A stretch of 56,597 nt of DNA, taken from IMG/VR virus record IMGVR_UViG_3300020470_005093, positions 1-56,597 of that record; one strand, written 5' to 3'. The first letter of the stretch is position 1; each line of letters opens with the position of its first letter. Positions 56,314 to 56,597 of the stretch are shown here, piece by piece. Both the position numbers and the translations under genes were made by a program. Under the pieces are notes generated by a model. It was not told where the DNA came from, searched no databases, and was given only the letters and a program-made list of their open reading frames with translations. The stretch is from a virus. Lineage: Duplodnaviria > Caudoviricetes.

Positions 56314-56597
56314 TAACCAACTGAAGGAGCAACAAGTGCAACTTCAGTAGACTCTGCAGCAGCAAGGTCTAGTGGGAAGTTGTGTGCATTTCTTTCATGC
56401 ATAACTTCCATACCAAGGTTTGCTCTGTTAAGAACATCACCCCAAGTAGGTACAACCTTACCAGATGCATCAACAACCGACTGGTTGAAGTTGAATCCAT
56501 TGAGGTTGAATGCCATTGTGCAGATACCCATAGAGGTTAACCATACACAGATAACAGGCCATGATGCTAGGAAGAAGTGAAGACTTCTTGAGTTGTT
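56313..56597 (-). CDS. psbA: photosystem II D1 protein, C-terminal part (runs off window)
   Basis: [40 protein letters not shown]...[14 protein letters not shown]. Confidence 0.99.
   Translation of the reverse strand, partial: NNSRSLHFFLASWPVICVWLTSMGICTMAFNLNGFNFNQSVVDASGKVVPTWGDVLNRANLGMEVMHERNAHNFPLDLAAAESTEVALVAPSVG

Noticed and set aside
1-56597. tRNA, rRNA, introns or inteins
   Set aside because: None recognised by eye; intergenic gaps are short and core genes appear uninterrupted. A tRNAscan/Infernal run would be needed to exclude them

Overview
AT-rich window from a T4-like cyanomyovirus, most likely a large P-SSM2-like phage of Prochlorococcus, judged from the psbA C-terminus and gene order. 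The right half is the conserved core: psbA (partial), glutaredoxin, purN, a tandem glutamine riboswitch with a DUF4278 peptide, thyX, phoH, exonuclease, gp33, gp59, gp32, baseplate genes (gp53, gp48, gp2, gp4, gp54, gp26, gp51, hub/tape-measure, gp5) and a 1999-aa virion protein. The left ~26 kb is an accessory island under late-type promoters. It interleaves tail-fibre/adhesin genes (three RCC1-propeller paralogs, two very Cys-rich proteins) with a near-complete ADP-heptose pathway (HldA, GmhB, HldC, HldD), two GT9-like transferases, other glycosyltransferases, a 2OG-Fe(II) oxygenase and a carbamoyltransferase. The main hypothesis (inference) is a phage-encoded system that glycosylates its own Cys-enriched receptor-binding fibres. 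All calls come from motif recognition by eye; no database searches were run.
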